Of a stretch of DNA of 64,000 bases, positions 36,915 to 46,202 are shown piece after piece (the first letter of the stretch is position 1; each line of letters begins with the position of its first letter). The stretch is from Candidatus Omnitrophota bacterium. Lineage in GTDB: Bacteria > Omnitrophota > Gorgyraeia > JAHIPI01. A model generated the notes under the pieces. The model made no database searches. It was not told the origin of the DNA and saw nothing but the letters and a program-made list of their open reading frames with translations. The position numbers and the translations under genes are program-made. Where the stretch lies: contig JAZDNG010000029.1 in the NCBI GenBank assembly GCA_043800065.1, positions 2,837 through 66,836 of the forward strand, read 5' to 3'.

Positions 36915-39725
36915 ATGGAAAAAGAATACATATTTGTAAAGGGCGCGAGGGAGCACAATCTTAAGAACATCGACGTTAGAATTCCGCGCAATAAGCTCGT
37001 TGTCGTAACAGGCCTATCCGGTTCCGGAAAGTCGTCGCTCGCATTTGACACCATCTACGCCGAAGGCCAGCGCCGCTACGTTGAAAGCCTCTCCAGCTAT
37101 GCCCGCCAATTCCTGGAACAACTGCAAAAGCCGAATGTCGAATATATAGAAGGCCTCTCGCCTGCCATAAGCATAGAGCAGCGCAGCGCCGGCTCAAACC
37201 CGCGCTCCACCGTCGGAACAGCCACCGAGATATATGACTATCTTCGCCTCCTTTTTGCGCGCGTCGGGAGAACGCACTGCTATAAATGCGGAAAAGAGAT
37301 AACGAGGCAGGATGCCGCGCGGATAGTGGAAAGCATAATGAATTTAAAGGCCGGTAAAAACATAGTGATCCTCGCCCCGAGAATAAAAGGCAAAAAAGGC
37401 GAGCATAAGGATATCTTTGACGAAATACGAAAAGAAGGCTTTGTCCGCGCCCGCGTTGACGGAAAGATGAGAGAGCTCGACGAAGATATCCGCCTTGCAA
37501 AGAATGAAAAGCATTCGGTGGAGGCAGTGGTTGATAGGCTGGCAGTCAAAGCGGAGGCAAAAAAGCGGCTGACAGATTCCGTAGAGACGGCGCTTAAAAT
37601 CGGAAGAGGGTCTTTGATCGTATATGAAAACTCGCCCAAAGACGATGTGCTTTTCAGCGAGTTGTATGCCTGCGCCGACTGCGGCATAAGCTACGAAGAA
37701 CTGGCGCCGCGCATGTTCTCTTTTAATTCGCCGTACGGCGCGTGCGCTTCTTGCAGCGGCCTGGGTAATAAAATGGAGATAGACCCGGAGCTAATCGTAC
37801 CCGATAAATCCAGGCCGCTTTTGGAAGCGGTACTGCCGTGGAAAAAAGGCGGAAGAGGCATTATACTTTATTACCGGCGGCTTCTCCGCTCCGTCGCCGA
37901 CGATTACAACTTTGACGCGTATACGCCTTTTAGAGATTTAAAAAAAGAAACAAAAGACGTAATACTGTACGGCGATCAGGATAAGAGGGGATATTTTGAA
38001 GGGGTGATACCTAATCTTGAACGGCGTTTTGTAGAGACGAAAAGCGAATATATAAAAACAGAGATAAATAAGTTCATGAGCGAGCAGCCATGCCCGAAAT
38101 GCAATGGCGCTCGCCTTAAGAAAGAAAGTCTTTCGGTCGCAATAGGAAATAAAAATATTATGGACATTACTAAGATGTCCGTTGCCGAAGCAACACTGTT
38201 CTTCGGTAATTTGAAGCTGAGCAAAGAAGATATGTTTATAAGCAGGGAGGCGGTCAAGGAAGTAAAGATGCGCCTCCGGTTCATGTCGAATGTCGGGCTC
38301 GATTATCTTACGCTTGACCGTGTAAGCTCGACACTCTCCGGCGGAGAAGCGCAGAGGATCCGCCTCGCGACGCAGATAGGAGCGGGGCTTGTAGGAGTCC
38401 TTTACATACTTGATGAGCCGAGCATAGGGCTGCATCAGAGGGACAATTCAAAATTGCTGGATACTCTCACGGCCCTTTGCAATCTCGGCAATACTCTTAT
38501 TATTGTAGAACATGATGAGGCGACAATAAGAAAGGCCGATTATATCGTAGACCTCGGCCCGGGCGCCGGAGAGGCAGGCGGGGAAGTAGTGGCCGCCGGC
38601 GCGCTAAAAGAAATACTCAAAAATAAAAAATCACTTACCGCGCAGTACTTAAACGGCGAACTTCAGATAGAAATACCGAAGGAGCGAAGGCGTCAAAAAC
38701 CCGATAAGGCTATAACTATAATCGGCGCCTGTGAGCATAACCTTAAGGATATAGATGTAAAGATCCCACTCGGACTTTTTGTTGCGGTTACCGGGGTATC
38801 CGGTTCCGGTAAAAGTACGCTTATAGACGAGATATTATACCGCGCGCTTGCAAAAAAGATATACAGGGCAAAATTAAAACCCGGCAAGCACAAAGCGATC
38901 CTGGGTGTCGAAAATATAGACAAGGTAATCGTCATAGATCAGTCGCCCATAGGGCGGACGCCGCGCTCAAACCCCGCCACATATACAGGCGCTTACAGCC
39001 CCATACGCGATCTATTCAGCCGGCTTCCTGAGTCGAAGATTAGAGGGTATAGGCCAGGCAGGTTCAGTTTTAACGTAAAGGGGGGAAGGTGCGAGGCCTG
39101 CGCGGGCGACGGTATAAAAAAGATCGAGATGCATTTTCTGCCGGACGTTTATGTGACATGCGAGGCCTGTAAAGGCAAGCGCTTTAACGAGCAGACACTG
39201 GAAGTAAAATATAAGGGTTATTCAATTTCGGACATCCTTGAGATGAGCGTGGAGCAGGCGCTGGATGTACTCAAGAACATACCGGCTGTGAAGGCTAAAC
39301 TTGAGACGCTTCACAATGTAGGCCTCGGTTATATACGCCTGGGTCAATCGGCAACGACACTATCCGGCGGCGAGGCGCAAAGGATAAAACTTTCCTCTGA
39401 GCTTTCGCGCAGGGCGACAGGAAAGACGCTCTATATATTGGATGAACCGACAACCGGCCTCCATTTTGCCGATATAGACCGGCTTTTGAAAGTCCTTCAG
39501 GCGCTCGCGGATGCCGGAAATACTGTCGTCGTGATAGAGCACAACCTGGATGTGGTAAAGAGTTCCGATTATATCATAGACCTCGGGCCCGAAGGCGGAG
39601 ACGAGGGAGGCAGGGTCGTTGCTTCGGGTACGCCTGAAGAAGTCGCGAAGAACAGCCGTTCATATACAGGCCAATACCTTCAGAAGATATTCACAGATGA
39701 TCACAGATTAAAAGACGCGGATTAG
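36915..39725 (+). CDS. uvrA: Excinuclease ABC subunit A
   Basis: Duplicated ABC ATPase modules (GLSGSGKSS / GVSGSGKST; LSGGEAQR twice). Zn-finger CxxC pairs. Start moved to ATG 36915 with a GGAG RBS. Confidence 0.9.
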   Translation: MEKEYIFVKGAREHNLKNIDVRIPRNKLVVVTGLSGSGKSSLAFDTIYAEGQRRYVESLSSYARQFLEQLQKPNVEYIEGLSPAISIEQRSAGSNPRSTVGTATEIYDYLRLLFARVGRTHCYKCGKEITRQDAARIVESIMNLKAGKNIVILAPRIKGKKGEHKDIFDEIRKEGFVRARVDGKMRELDEDIRLAKNEKHSVEAVVDRLAVKAEAKKRLTDSVETALKIGRGSLIVYENSPKDDVLFSELYACADCGISYEELAPRMFSFNSPYGACASCSGLGNKMEIDPELIVPDKSRPLLEAVLPWKKGGRGIILYYRRLLRSVADDYNFDAYTPFRDLKKETKDVILYGDQDKRGYFEGVIPNLERRFVETKSEYIKTEINKFMSEQPCPKCNGARLKKESLSVAIGNKNIMDITKMSVAEATLFFGNLKLSKEDMFISREAVKEVKMRLRFMSNVGLDYLTLDRVSSTLSGGEAQRIRLATQIGAGLVGVLYILDEPSIGLHQRDNSKLLDTLTALCNLGNTLIIVEHDEATIRKADYIVDLGPGAGEAGGEVVAAGALKEILKNKKSLTAQYLNGELQIEIPKERRRQKPDKAITIIGACEHNLKDIDVKIPLGLFVAVTGVSGSGKSTLIDEILYRALAKKIYRAKLKPGKHKAILGVENIDKVIVIDQSPIGRTPRSNPATYTGAYSPIRDLFSRLPESKIRGYRPGRFSFNVKGGRCEACAGDGIKKIEMHFLPDVYVTCEACKGKRFNEQTLEVKYKGYSISDILEMSVEQALDVLKNIPAVKAKLETLHNVGLGYIRLGQSATTLSGGEAQRIKLSSELSRRATGKTLYILDEPTTGLHFADIDRLLKVLQALADAGNTVVVIEHNLDVVKSSDYIIDLGPEGGDEGGRVVASGTPEEVAKNSRSYTGQYLQKIFTDDHRLKDAD

Positions 39726-39833
39726 CGCAGACATAATGCTTTTTCTGCAATAATCTGTGTTAATCTGTAAGTACATAATTTTAGCATATCTCTGCGATCA
39801 TCTGTGCCAAATTATCCAATTCTCAAAAATAGC

Positions 39834-39862
39834 TTGAATTGGCAATATAACCCTGCTATAAT
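39834..39862 (+). promoter_or_regulatory. Sigma70-type promoter (-35 TTGAAT, 17-nt spacer, extended -10 TGcTATAAT) for the TPR gene
   Basis: TTGAAT at 39834-39839. TATAAT at 39857-39862, preceded by TGC. About 35 nt upstream of the 39898 ATG. Confidence 0.45.
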
Positions 39863-39897
39863 ACCCAATCACCAACCAATTACACCATAGCAACATA

Positions 39898-42366
39898 ATG
39901 AAAATACATAAGGCATATTATACTATAATTATACTATTTATGTGCTCATGCGCATTTTTATCACCCCTCGGTCAGGGTATGGCTTTTTCCAGCGAAGAGA
40001 AGGACTTTCTTTTCGCGAGGCAGGCATTTGAAGATGAGTTTTACGATATCGCAAAAGATAGACTGATTATTTTTATTGGCAATTATCCCGCCTCAAAAGA
40101 GGTTATACCTGCCCATCTTTATCTCGGAAGGTCGTATTTTAAGCTTAATAAGCTGGAGAGAGCCAGATACGAATTTGAATATATACTAGAAAGGCCGGAC
40201 AGCGCTGCTTTTTCGGACGAAGCCGTATATTGGCTTGCCGAGACGCATTTCGCTATTGGCGACTACGCAAGAGCGCTTGAATATTATCAAAAACTTATCG
40301 ATGTATATCCCGCCTCTTCATATATAGTGTATGCTTACTATTCAAGGGGGTGGTGCTATCATAAAATGGGGGAGAACGAGCACGCCATAAGCGCTTTTAA
40401 GGAGATGGCGTCAAAATTCCCGCATAATACGCTTAGTCCGAAGGCCCGCTATATGATCTGCGATATATTCTTCCAGAATAATCAGATAGAAGAGGCCGAG
40501 AAAGAGATAGGCCTCTTTATCGACCATTTTCCGCTTTCTTCGGAAATAGGTAAGGTCCATTACATGAGAGGCGAAATCTATTATAAAAAAGGGGATTTCG
40601 CGAGCGCGGTATCCGATTTTAAAAAGGCAATCGATTGTGCCGGCGCTGCCGATTGGCTGCAATATGCGGAATGTAAATTGGCCCTCGCTTATCTGAAGAG
40701 CGGCAATGCCGGCGAAGCGCTAGTTTATTTTAATAAATGCCTGAACGATTCTAAAGATAACGACTTGCGCGCTACCGCACTTTTCGGCAGGGCAAGGGCA
40801 TTCGATACCCTGGATAGGAATGAGGAAGCGCTTACTGATTATAACGTGCTGATCGATGAATACCCGTCATCCGAATGGTATGATGACGCCCGGCTCTGGA
40901 AGGCCGAGATGTTTGTCAAGTTGGGAAAGCCCGAAGAAGTCGAGAGGCTATATAAGGAAGCAATAGAAGCCGTGACGGATGCCTCTCTCAGCGATGAAAT
41001 CCGCTATAATCTCGGTTTGATTTATATAAAAGATAATAGATATGACGCGGCAGTCGAGATATTTAGGGAATTGTCCAGAAGATCCGGCAATCCCGGATTA
41101 AGGGTAAATTCACTTTTGAGGCTGGGGGATATCTATTTAGCTCAGAAGAAATATAGCGAGGCAAGCAGCGCTTACGATACTATTTTGGAGAAATATCCGG
41201 ATAATCCGTATGCCTCCTACGCCCAATATAAAATAGGCGATATCTTTTATACAGAGGCAAAATATGATTCCGCGATACTTTCCTTCCAGTCGCTCTTTAT
41301 AAATTACCCGCACAGCGAAATTTACGAAAGGGCGAAGTTTCAACTCGCGATGGCATTTTTTGCAAAAGGCGACTATTTCGCCTCAGCCAAAAATTTCGTA
41401 GATTTTGCCAATGAATTTCCGGAAAGCGACAAGAAAGAATGGGCCCTTTTTTACATAGGAAGTTCGTTGTATAATTCTGCCAATTATAAAGAGGGGCTTA
41501 ACTATTTCCGGCAGCTTCTTAAACAGGCGAAAGACCCGGAACTTGTAAAGATAGCGATGTATCAGATAGGGTGGTGCTATTATCAGGAGGGGAACGTAAA
41601 AGAGGCGACATCCGAATTCACGCGGTTTCTTAAGATCTATCCCAATACGGAACTCAGCGCCCAGATACTCTTCTGGTTCGGCGAGCGTTTCTATAATTCC
41701 GGCGATTATCCCAAGGCCTACGCGTATTTCAGTAAAGTGCACGCAGGATTCCCATACAGCAAGATAGCCGGTGACGCCGCCTACTGGAAGGCAAGCGCAC
41801 TTTATAAAAGAGGCGACAGGGTGTCGGCGCTTCAGGAACTTGCCGTCATACCGGTAAAATATCCCGAAAGCGACCTCGCCCCGAAATCGATTCTCAAAAT
41901 GGGCGAGATATTGGTAGAGGCGGGAGATATAAACAACGGCCTTCGTAAATTTGAACAGCTCGCCTATAGTTACCCAAAAAGTGCCTTTGCGAGGGTCGCG
42001 CACAAAGAGACGGGTGAGGCGCTTGAAAGCGTGCGTTCCTACAAGGTGGCCATAGCCCATTACAGAAAAGCGCTTACCGAAGAAGATAGCGAAATGAACG
42101 CCGAAATCCATTACCGCATAGCGGAGTGTCTTGACGGGGACGGTGAATCCAAAGAGGCAATAGAAGAATACCTGAAGGTTTCATATCTTTATCCGTCCGC
42201 GAAATTCTGGGGGATAAAGTCAGAGTTCCGCTGCGCCGAGATATTTGAAAAAAATAACGAAATAGAAAAAGCGAAGAGAATATACGAGCGCCTTGCCAGG
42301 GAACCTACCGAGGAGGGGGTGTATGCCAAGGAGAGACTTTCGTGGTTTGGGGGCAAAACGCAATAA
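39898..42366 (+). CDS. Large tetratricopeptide-repeat (lipo)protein (YbgF/BamD-like repeats) with signal peptide
   Basis: N-terminus …IIILFMCSCAFLSPLG… (lipobox-like). About 20 TPR/YbgF-like repeats (…YYKKGDFASAVSDFKKAID…, etc.). Confidence 0.65.
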   Translation: MKIHKAYYTIIILFMCSCAFLSPLGQGMAFSSEEKDFLFARQAFEDEFYDIAKDRLIIFIGNYPASKEVIPAHLYLGRSYFKLNKLERARYEFEYILERPDSAAFSDEAVYWLAETHFAIGDYARALEYYQKLIDVYPASSYIVYAYYSRGWCYHKMGENEHAISAFKEMASKFPHNTLSPKARYMICDIFFQNNQIEEAEKEIGLFIDHFPLSSEIGKVHYMRGEIYYKKGDFASAVSDFKKAIDCAGAADWLQYAECKLALAYLKSGNAGEALVYFNKCLNDSKDNDLRATALFGRARAFDTLDRNEEALTDYNVLIDEYPSSEWYDDARLWKAEMFVKLGKPEEVERLYKEAIEAVTDASLSDEIRYNLGLIYIKDNRYDAAVEIFRELSRRSGNPGLRVNSLLRLGDIYLAQKKYSEASSAYDTILEKYPDNPYASYAQYKIGDIFYTEAKYDSAILSFQSLFINYPHSEIYERAKFQLAMAFFAKGDYFASAKNFVDFANEFPESDKKEWALFYIGSSLYNSANYKEGLNYFRQLLKQAKDPELVKIAMYQIGWCYYQEGNVKEATSEFTRFLKIYPNTELSAQILFWFGERFYNSGDYPKAYAYFSKVHAGFPYSKIAGDAAYWKASALYKRGDRVSALQELAVIPVKYPESDLAPKSILKMGEILVEAGDINNGLRKFEQLAYSYPKSAFARVAHKETGEALESVRSYKVAIAHYRKALTEEDSEMNAEIHYRIAECLDGDGESKEAIEEYLKVSYLYPSAKFWGIKSEFRCAEIFEKNNEIEKAKRIYERLAREPTEEGVYAKERLSWFGGKTQ

Positions 42367-42395
42367 TTCGTATAAACGAAAAGGGGGATAAATAA

Positions 42396-43028
42396 ATGTT
42401 GGACATGATCCAAAAAGGTGGCCCGGTGATGTGGCCTATAATACTTTGCTCCATATTCGCGTTCGCGATACTTTTGGAGAGGGTGTGGCATCTGCACAGG
42501 GCAAAAATAGACACCGTAGATTTTATGAACAAAATCGCAAGCACTTTAAAGCGCAATAAGATTATGGAAGCGATAGAGATGTGCAATAATACTCCGGGCC
42601 CTATTGCCCAGATAATGAAAGCGGGCATTTTGAAGCACGACAGGCCTCGCAACGAAATAAGAGAGGCGATAGAAGATGCTGGTATTCACGAGGTGCCGAG
42701 GCTCGAAAAGAATCTGAGCGCGCTTGCTACCATAGCGCATATCTCGCCGCTTTTGGGGCTTTTGGGTACGGTTACCGGCATGGTCAAGTGTTTCCAGGTA
42801 ATACAGGAGAAGTCCACATCGCTAAATCCCATAAACCCGGGAGATTTAGCCGGCGGAATATGGGAAGCGCTTATTACTACCGTGGCCGGACTCGTAGTGG
42901 CCATCCCGACATATGTTGCGTACAACTATCTGGTAAGCCGGGTGGACAATTTTGTGCTTGAAATGGAAAAGGCCGCAACCGAACTTATGAACATACTTAC
43001 GACAAGAGGTGACAGGTATGAGGTTTAA
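42396..43028 (+). CDS. MotA/TolQ/ExbB-family proton channel
   Basis: Three TM helices. …GLLGTVTGMV… and …ALITTVAGLVVAIP… are TolQ/ExbB signatures. Confidence 0.75.
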   Translation: MLDMIQKGGPVMWPIILCSIFAFAILLERVWHLHRAKIDTVDFMNKIASTLKRNKIMEAIEMCNNTPGPIAQIMKAGILKHDRPRNEIREAIEDAGIHEVPRLEKNLSALATIAHISPLLGLLGTVTGMVKCFQVIQEKSTSLNPINPGDLAGGIWEALITTVAGLVVAIPTYVAYNYLVSRVDNFVLEMEKAATELMNILTTRGDRYEV

Positions 43029-43419
43029 ACGCAGGACAGAGATCGTAAAGGGCCAGATAGATATCGCGCCGCTTATCGACGTAGTCTTCCAGCTCCTTAT
43101 CTTCTTTATGCTGACGTCCAGTTTCATAGTGCAGCCGGGCATAAAGGTAAACCTGCCAAAGGCCGTTACGAGCGAGGTGCTTCATGAAAAGAGCCTTATA
43201 ATACTCATAACCGGTTCCGATATGGTCTACCTTAACGAGCGCGCCATCACGACTAAAGAACTCGACTCAAGGCTCAGGATTGCCGCAAAAGAAAAGAAAC
43301 CACTTTTAATCAAAGCCGACAGGCGCGCTTCTATGGGGAAGATAGTGGAGATATGGGACATGTGCCGGGATGCGGGCATTACGCAGATTAACATCGCAAC
43401 CTCGCAGGAGATCAAATAG
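43009..43419 (+). CDS. ExbD/TolR-family protein
   Basis: …IAPLIDVVFQLLIFFM… N-terminal TM helix typical of ExbD/TolR. 136 aa. Confidence 0.75.
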   Translation: MTGMRFKRRTEIVKGQIDIAPLIDVVFQLLIFFMLTSSFIVQPGIKVNLPKAVTSEVLHEKSLIILITGSDMVYLNERAITTKELDSRLRIAAKEKKPLLIKADRRASMGKIVEIWDMCRDAGITQINIATSQEIK

Positions 43420-43422
43420 CGC

Positions 43423-44163
43423 GTGAATAGATTGATTTTTGTGAATAGGGCTTTCGGCATAGCGCTTGCTATATCAGTTTTGTGGCACATCGTAGCTATT
43501 AGCGCTGTGAATATAGTAGCGTTGCCCGGCGGGTACAAGATGAGAGAACTTACTGCCGTTTCGTTCTTGGGCCCTATATTAGAAAAGACAGCGCTTGATA
43601 TAATGATGGCCAACAAACCGGTTGCGGTGAGGACCGATTACGAGGTTAATAATAAGATGGCGCTCGAGGTCCGCACATGGATGAAAGAAGTCCCTGTTCA
43701 AGATAAAGCCGCGATGGATATGGCGAAAAAAAGTGAGGAGAAGATAGGCGAATCACTTGGCATATCTTTTCGCGAAACTAAAGAGGTGCCGGCATTCACG
43801 AGGCGCCCCAGGAAGTCAAGGCGTGCGGCTCGGCAAAAAGAAGGTGAGATCTCGGGGGACGTAGCTCAAAGAGAGGTCTTTTATAAGCCTGAGAAACCGC
43901 GTGTGCCCGAGCCTATTTCAGGTGCCGCGCCTTTTAATATGGAATTGAAATTTTCTGTATCGCCTCAGGGGGATGTGCGGGAGGTGATACCGCTAGTCTC
44001 TTCGGGTAATGCCGACGCGGATCTTCTGGGAATAAGGTACCTGAAAAACTGGAAATTCACCCCGTTAGAGAAAGCTACTTCTCTAACGGGGTTCACGCCG
44101 TTAGGAACGAGTGCCCAAAATGAGCAATGGGGCGTGGCCAGGATAGTTTTGTCGAGGGAATAG
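43423..44163 (+). CDS. TonB/TolA-like energy-transducer protein, GTG start
   Basis: N-terminal TM helix, charged linker, and a C-terminal TonB-C-like domain (…FNMELKFSVSPQGDVREVIPLVSSGN…LKNWKFTP…). Confidence 0.5.
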   Translation: MNRLIFVNRAFGIALAISVLWHIVAISAVNIVALPGGYKMRELTAVSFLGPILEKTALDIMMANKPVAVRTDYEVNNKMALEVRTWMKEVPVQDKAAMDMAKKSEEKIGESLGISFRETKEVPAFTRRPRKSRRAARQKEGEISGDVAQREVFYKPEKPRVPEPISGAAPFNMELKFSVSPQGDVREVIPLVSSGNADADLLGIRYLKNWKFTPLEKATSLTGFTPLGTSAQNEQWGVARIVLSRE

Positions 44164-44169
44164 CGCGTC

Positions 44170-44493
44170 ATGATAAAGCTGGATATATCGCAAGCGGTGT
44201 TTTTGTACCTTCTTTTTTCCGTAATAGGCGTCTTTCTTTTATGGATATTTTTCGAGGAGAAGACAAAGCTTCCAAGTTTCGGCGAGGAAAAATTTTATGT
44301 ATGGCAGTGCAGCATATGCACTCATACATATGTAGATAGTATAAACAGCAATATATCCAAATGTCCGTTGTGCCAAAGTCTCAACGAACGCAAAAAAGAG
44401 GGAGGGCAAGATGACGGATCCAAACGTAATAAAGGACGAGCTCATACCGATAGCTTCCCCGCTAAAGGTGCTGCAGTCGGTGACAGTAAATAA
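44170..44493 (+). CDS. Hypothetical membrane-anchored Zn-ribbon protein
   Basis: TM helix (FLYLLFSVIGVFLLWIFF), then CSICTH…CPLCQS. Its C-terminal tail overlaps the next ORF by 83 nt. Confidence 0.3.
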   Translation: MIKLDISQAVFLYLLFSVIGVFLLWIFFEEKTKLPSFGEEKFYVWQCSICTHTYVDSINSNISKCPLCQSLNERKKEGGQDDGSKRNKGRAHTDSFPAKGAAVGDSK

Positions 44494-44680
44494 AAAATTC
44501 GGCTGGTGGTCGGCTGTTGTGTTAGTGGAGTCATGGGGGAGAAAGCAATTGTGTTTTTATCTCTGGCAGAAAAAACCAGACGGCGGCTGGCGCAGGAAGC
44601 AGAAATTCGCCGTTCACAGCCAAGAGCACTGGGGGCTGATGACGAATGCCGTTGATAAGATGATAGGCGAGCTGAATTAA
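44411..44680 (+). CDS. Hypothetical protein (89 aa)
   Basis: Strong GAGGGAGGG RBS directly upstream of the ATG. No recognisable domain. Confidence 0.3.
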   Translation: MTDPNVIKDELIPIASPLKVLQSVTVNKKFGWWSAVVLVESWGRKQLCFYLWQKKPDGGWRRKQKFAVHSQEHWGLMTNAVDKMIGELN

Positions 44681-44700
44681 GATACGGTAAGATATACAAA

Positions 44701-45024
44701 ATGAAAAAATCCGGATGCATCGCAATCTTTACCGCCTGCCCTACAGAAAAAGAGGCCGAGCGCATAGCGGGCGAATTGATAAAGAAAAAACTTATCGCGT
44801 GCGCAAATATGATACGGGGCGCGAGGTCTATATTCCGCTGGAAGGGGCATGTTGAAAGAACGGGCGAAACGCTCCTCATAATGAAAAGCTTAAAAAAGAA
44901 TTTCAGCCGGATTGATAGAGCGATAAGAGATCTGCATAGTTACGAAGTGCCGGAAATAGTATCTTTTTCTATTGACGAAGTGAGTAACGATTATTTAAAA
45001 TGGATAAGAGAGTCGGTGAGGTAA
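44701..45024 (+). CDS. cutA: Divalent-cation tolerance protein CutA
   Basis: …CPTEKEAERIAGELIKKKLIACANMIRGARSIFRWKGHVE…LLIMKS…YEVPEIV… is the CutA1 fold signature. Confidence 0.75.
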   Translation: MKKSGCIAIFTACPTEKEAERIAGELIKKKLIACANMIRGARSIFRWKGHVERTGETLLIMKSLKKNFSRIDRAIRDLHSYEVPEIVSFSIDEVSNDYLKWIRESVR

Positions 45025-45025
45025 A

Positions 45026-45111
45026 GGTAGTCCCTCGACGCGCTCGCTTAAACATAGCTGCGAGCTCGCTTGCTCGGGACGAATTTTTGCAAGCAAAAAT
45101 TCGGAGGCAAT
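45026..45111 (+). promoter_or_regulatory. Conserved about 90-nt leader element, copy 1 (also at 50615..50701)
   Basis: 23-nt identical block GGTAGTCCCTCGACGCGCTCGCT, and a conserved 3' block GCTCGCTyGCTCGGGACrAATTTTTGCAmGCAAAAATTyGGAGrCA that contains a palindrome AATTTTTGC-N2-GCAAAAATT directly ahead of the RBS. Confidence 0.4.
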
Positions 45112-45537
45112 ATGAGAAAATTATTAACAATTATTATTTTGGCAGTGGTAGTGGTTATGGCGCCTATTTTTGCAAACGCAATGCGCTCAAGCACTCAGAC
45201 TCCGGACGTGAAGTATATTTCGCCGCGAAACGACCACCAAGTGGACCTCACAGGAAAAGAGGGCCTGACTTTTGAGTGGCATTCAATCCCGAAACCCGGC
45301 GGCGGTCGCGAGGCGTACCGTTTTGAATTATTTAAGGGATCGGAAGATAATTACAACAGAATATATAGCGTAGAATTGAAGCGGGACGTCTGCACTATAG
45401 ATATTCCGGCCGACATGTTTGAAGACGGGGCGATGTATAGCTGGCTCGTTAAACAGCGCGACGCAAGGACATCAGCCTGGTCAAGGGCCGGAGACAGATG
45501 GCGCTTCACCGTAATTAAAAAGGGCGGGGTGAAATGA
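45112..45537 (+). CDS. Secreted hypothetical protein, paralog A
   Basis: Signal peptide MRKLLTIIILAVVVVMAPIFANA. Shares …DH.VDLTG.E.LTF.W…YRFELF……WS..G.RWRFTVIKK with the downstream paralog. Start moved to 45112 (GGAGG RBS). Confidence 0.5.
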   Translation: MRKLLTIIILAVVVVMAPIFANAMRSSTQTPDVKYISPRNDHQVDLTGKEGLTFEWHSIPKPGGGREAYRFELFKGSEDNYNRIYSVELKRDVCTIDIPADMFEDGAMYSWLVKQRDARTSAWSRAGDRWRFTVIKKGGVK

Positions 45538-45950
45538 AGAAGACACTTCTTTTTTTAGCAATATTCCTTTTTGCCGGCGCTTCGCTTTTATACGCTTTTG
45601 GCCGCGGTGCTGCCGATTTTACGCCGTGCGTGGAATATTCAGAGCCAGCCGATGACCACGAAGTGGACCTGACAGGAAGGGAGATCCTGACATTTAAATG
45701 GCGCCCTGTTCCGATCCCGAGCGGTATGCGCGACTCCTACCGCTTTGAACTTTTTGAAGAAAGCCGAGGATATACGGACAAAAGGATCTTCAATAAGGAT
45801 CTCGCGCCCGACGTGTATTCCATAGATGTTCCCGCGGAGCTCTTTAAGAACGGGGAGGATTACACCTGGTCTGTCAGGCAGCGCGACCAGATGACTTACA
45901 ACTGGTCAAGATCCGGCAACAGGTGGCGTTTTACGGTTATTAAGAAATAA
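45534..45950 (+). CDS. Secreted hypothetical protein, paralog B (tandem duplicate)
   Basis: Signal peptide MKKTLLFLAIFLFAGASLLYA. About 40% identity to paralog A over about 110 aa. ATGA overlap with paralog A. Confidence 0.5.
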   Translation: MKKTLLFLAIFLFAGASLLYAFGRGAADFTPCVEYSEPADDHEVDLTGREILTFKWRPVPIPSGMRDSYRFELFEESRGYTDKRIFNKDLAPDVYSIDVPAELFKNGEDYTWSVRQRDQMTYNWSRSGNRWRFTVIKK

Positions 45951-45958
45951 TTTCAATT

Positions 45959-46032
45959 GGGGCCGTAGTAAAGCGGGATTACGCAGCGTTCGCAACGCTG
46001 AGTCACGGGTTCGATTCCCGTCGGCTCCACCA
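45959..46032 (+). tRNA. tRNA-Ala (anticodon CGC), CCA-encoded
   Basis: Manual cloverleaf: acceptor GGGGCCG/CGGCTCC with a G3:U70 pair (the Ala identity element). D arm GTAA-AGCGGGA-TTAC. Anticodon arm CAGCG-TTCGCAA-CGCTG. T arm ACGGG-TTCGATT-CCCGT. Discriminator A plus CCA. Confidence 0.85.
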
Positions 46033-46202
46033 CTTAACGATTTGGTCTTCGCCCCCAAAAAGTAAGGAATGTGCTTTTTGGGGCTCCGACCTCGCCTTTG
46101 GCGGGGGCTCGCGCCCAAATCGTTTTAAGGGGACTCCGCCTTAGGCGGATTCCCCTTAATGTACCTCTTTCAAAAATACAAGTTTCCACCATTTTGCAAA
46201 AT

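Noticed and set aside
39726-39830. LexA/SOS box near uvrA (repeated ATCTGT motifs downstream of uvrA)
   Set aside because: No CTGT-N8-ACAG or GAAC-N4-GTTC palindrome could be found on either side of uvrA. The repeated hexamers lie 3' of the gene.
41383-42111. 242-aa minus-strand ORF
   Set aside because: Antisense to the TPR lipoprotein gene. No recognisable features.
45000-45275. 91-aa ORF spanning the conserved leader, and the N-terminal extension of the 50639 ORF
   Set aside because: The similarity of the two translations follows from nucleotide conservation of the leader. The substitutions are not synonymous-biased, and the real genes have better RBS-supported starts downstream (45112, 50702).
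46071-46202. N-terminal extension of the MEMO/AMMECR1 ORF back to 46071
   Set aside because: It overlaps the hairpins after tRNA-Ala. A later Met with a hydrophobic leader is more plausible.
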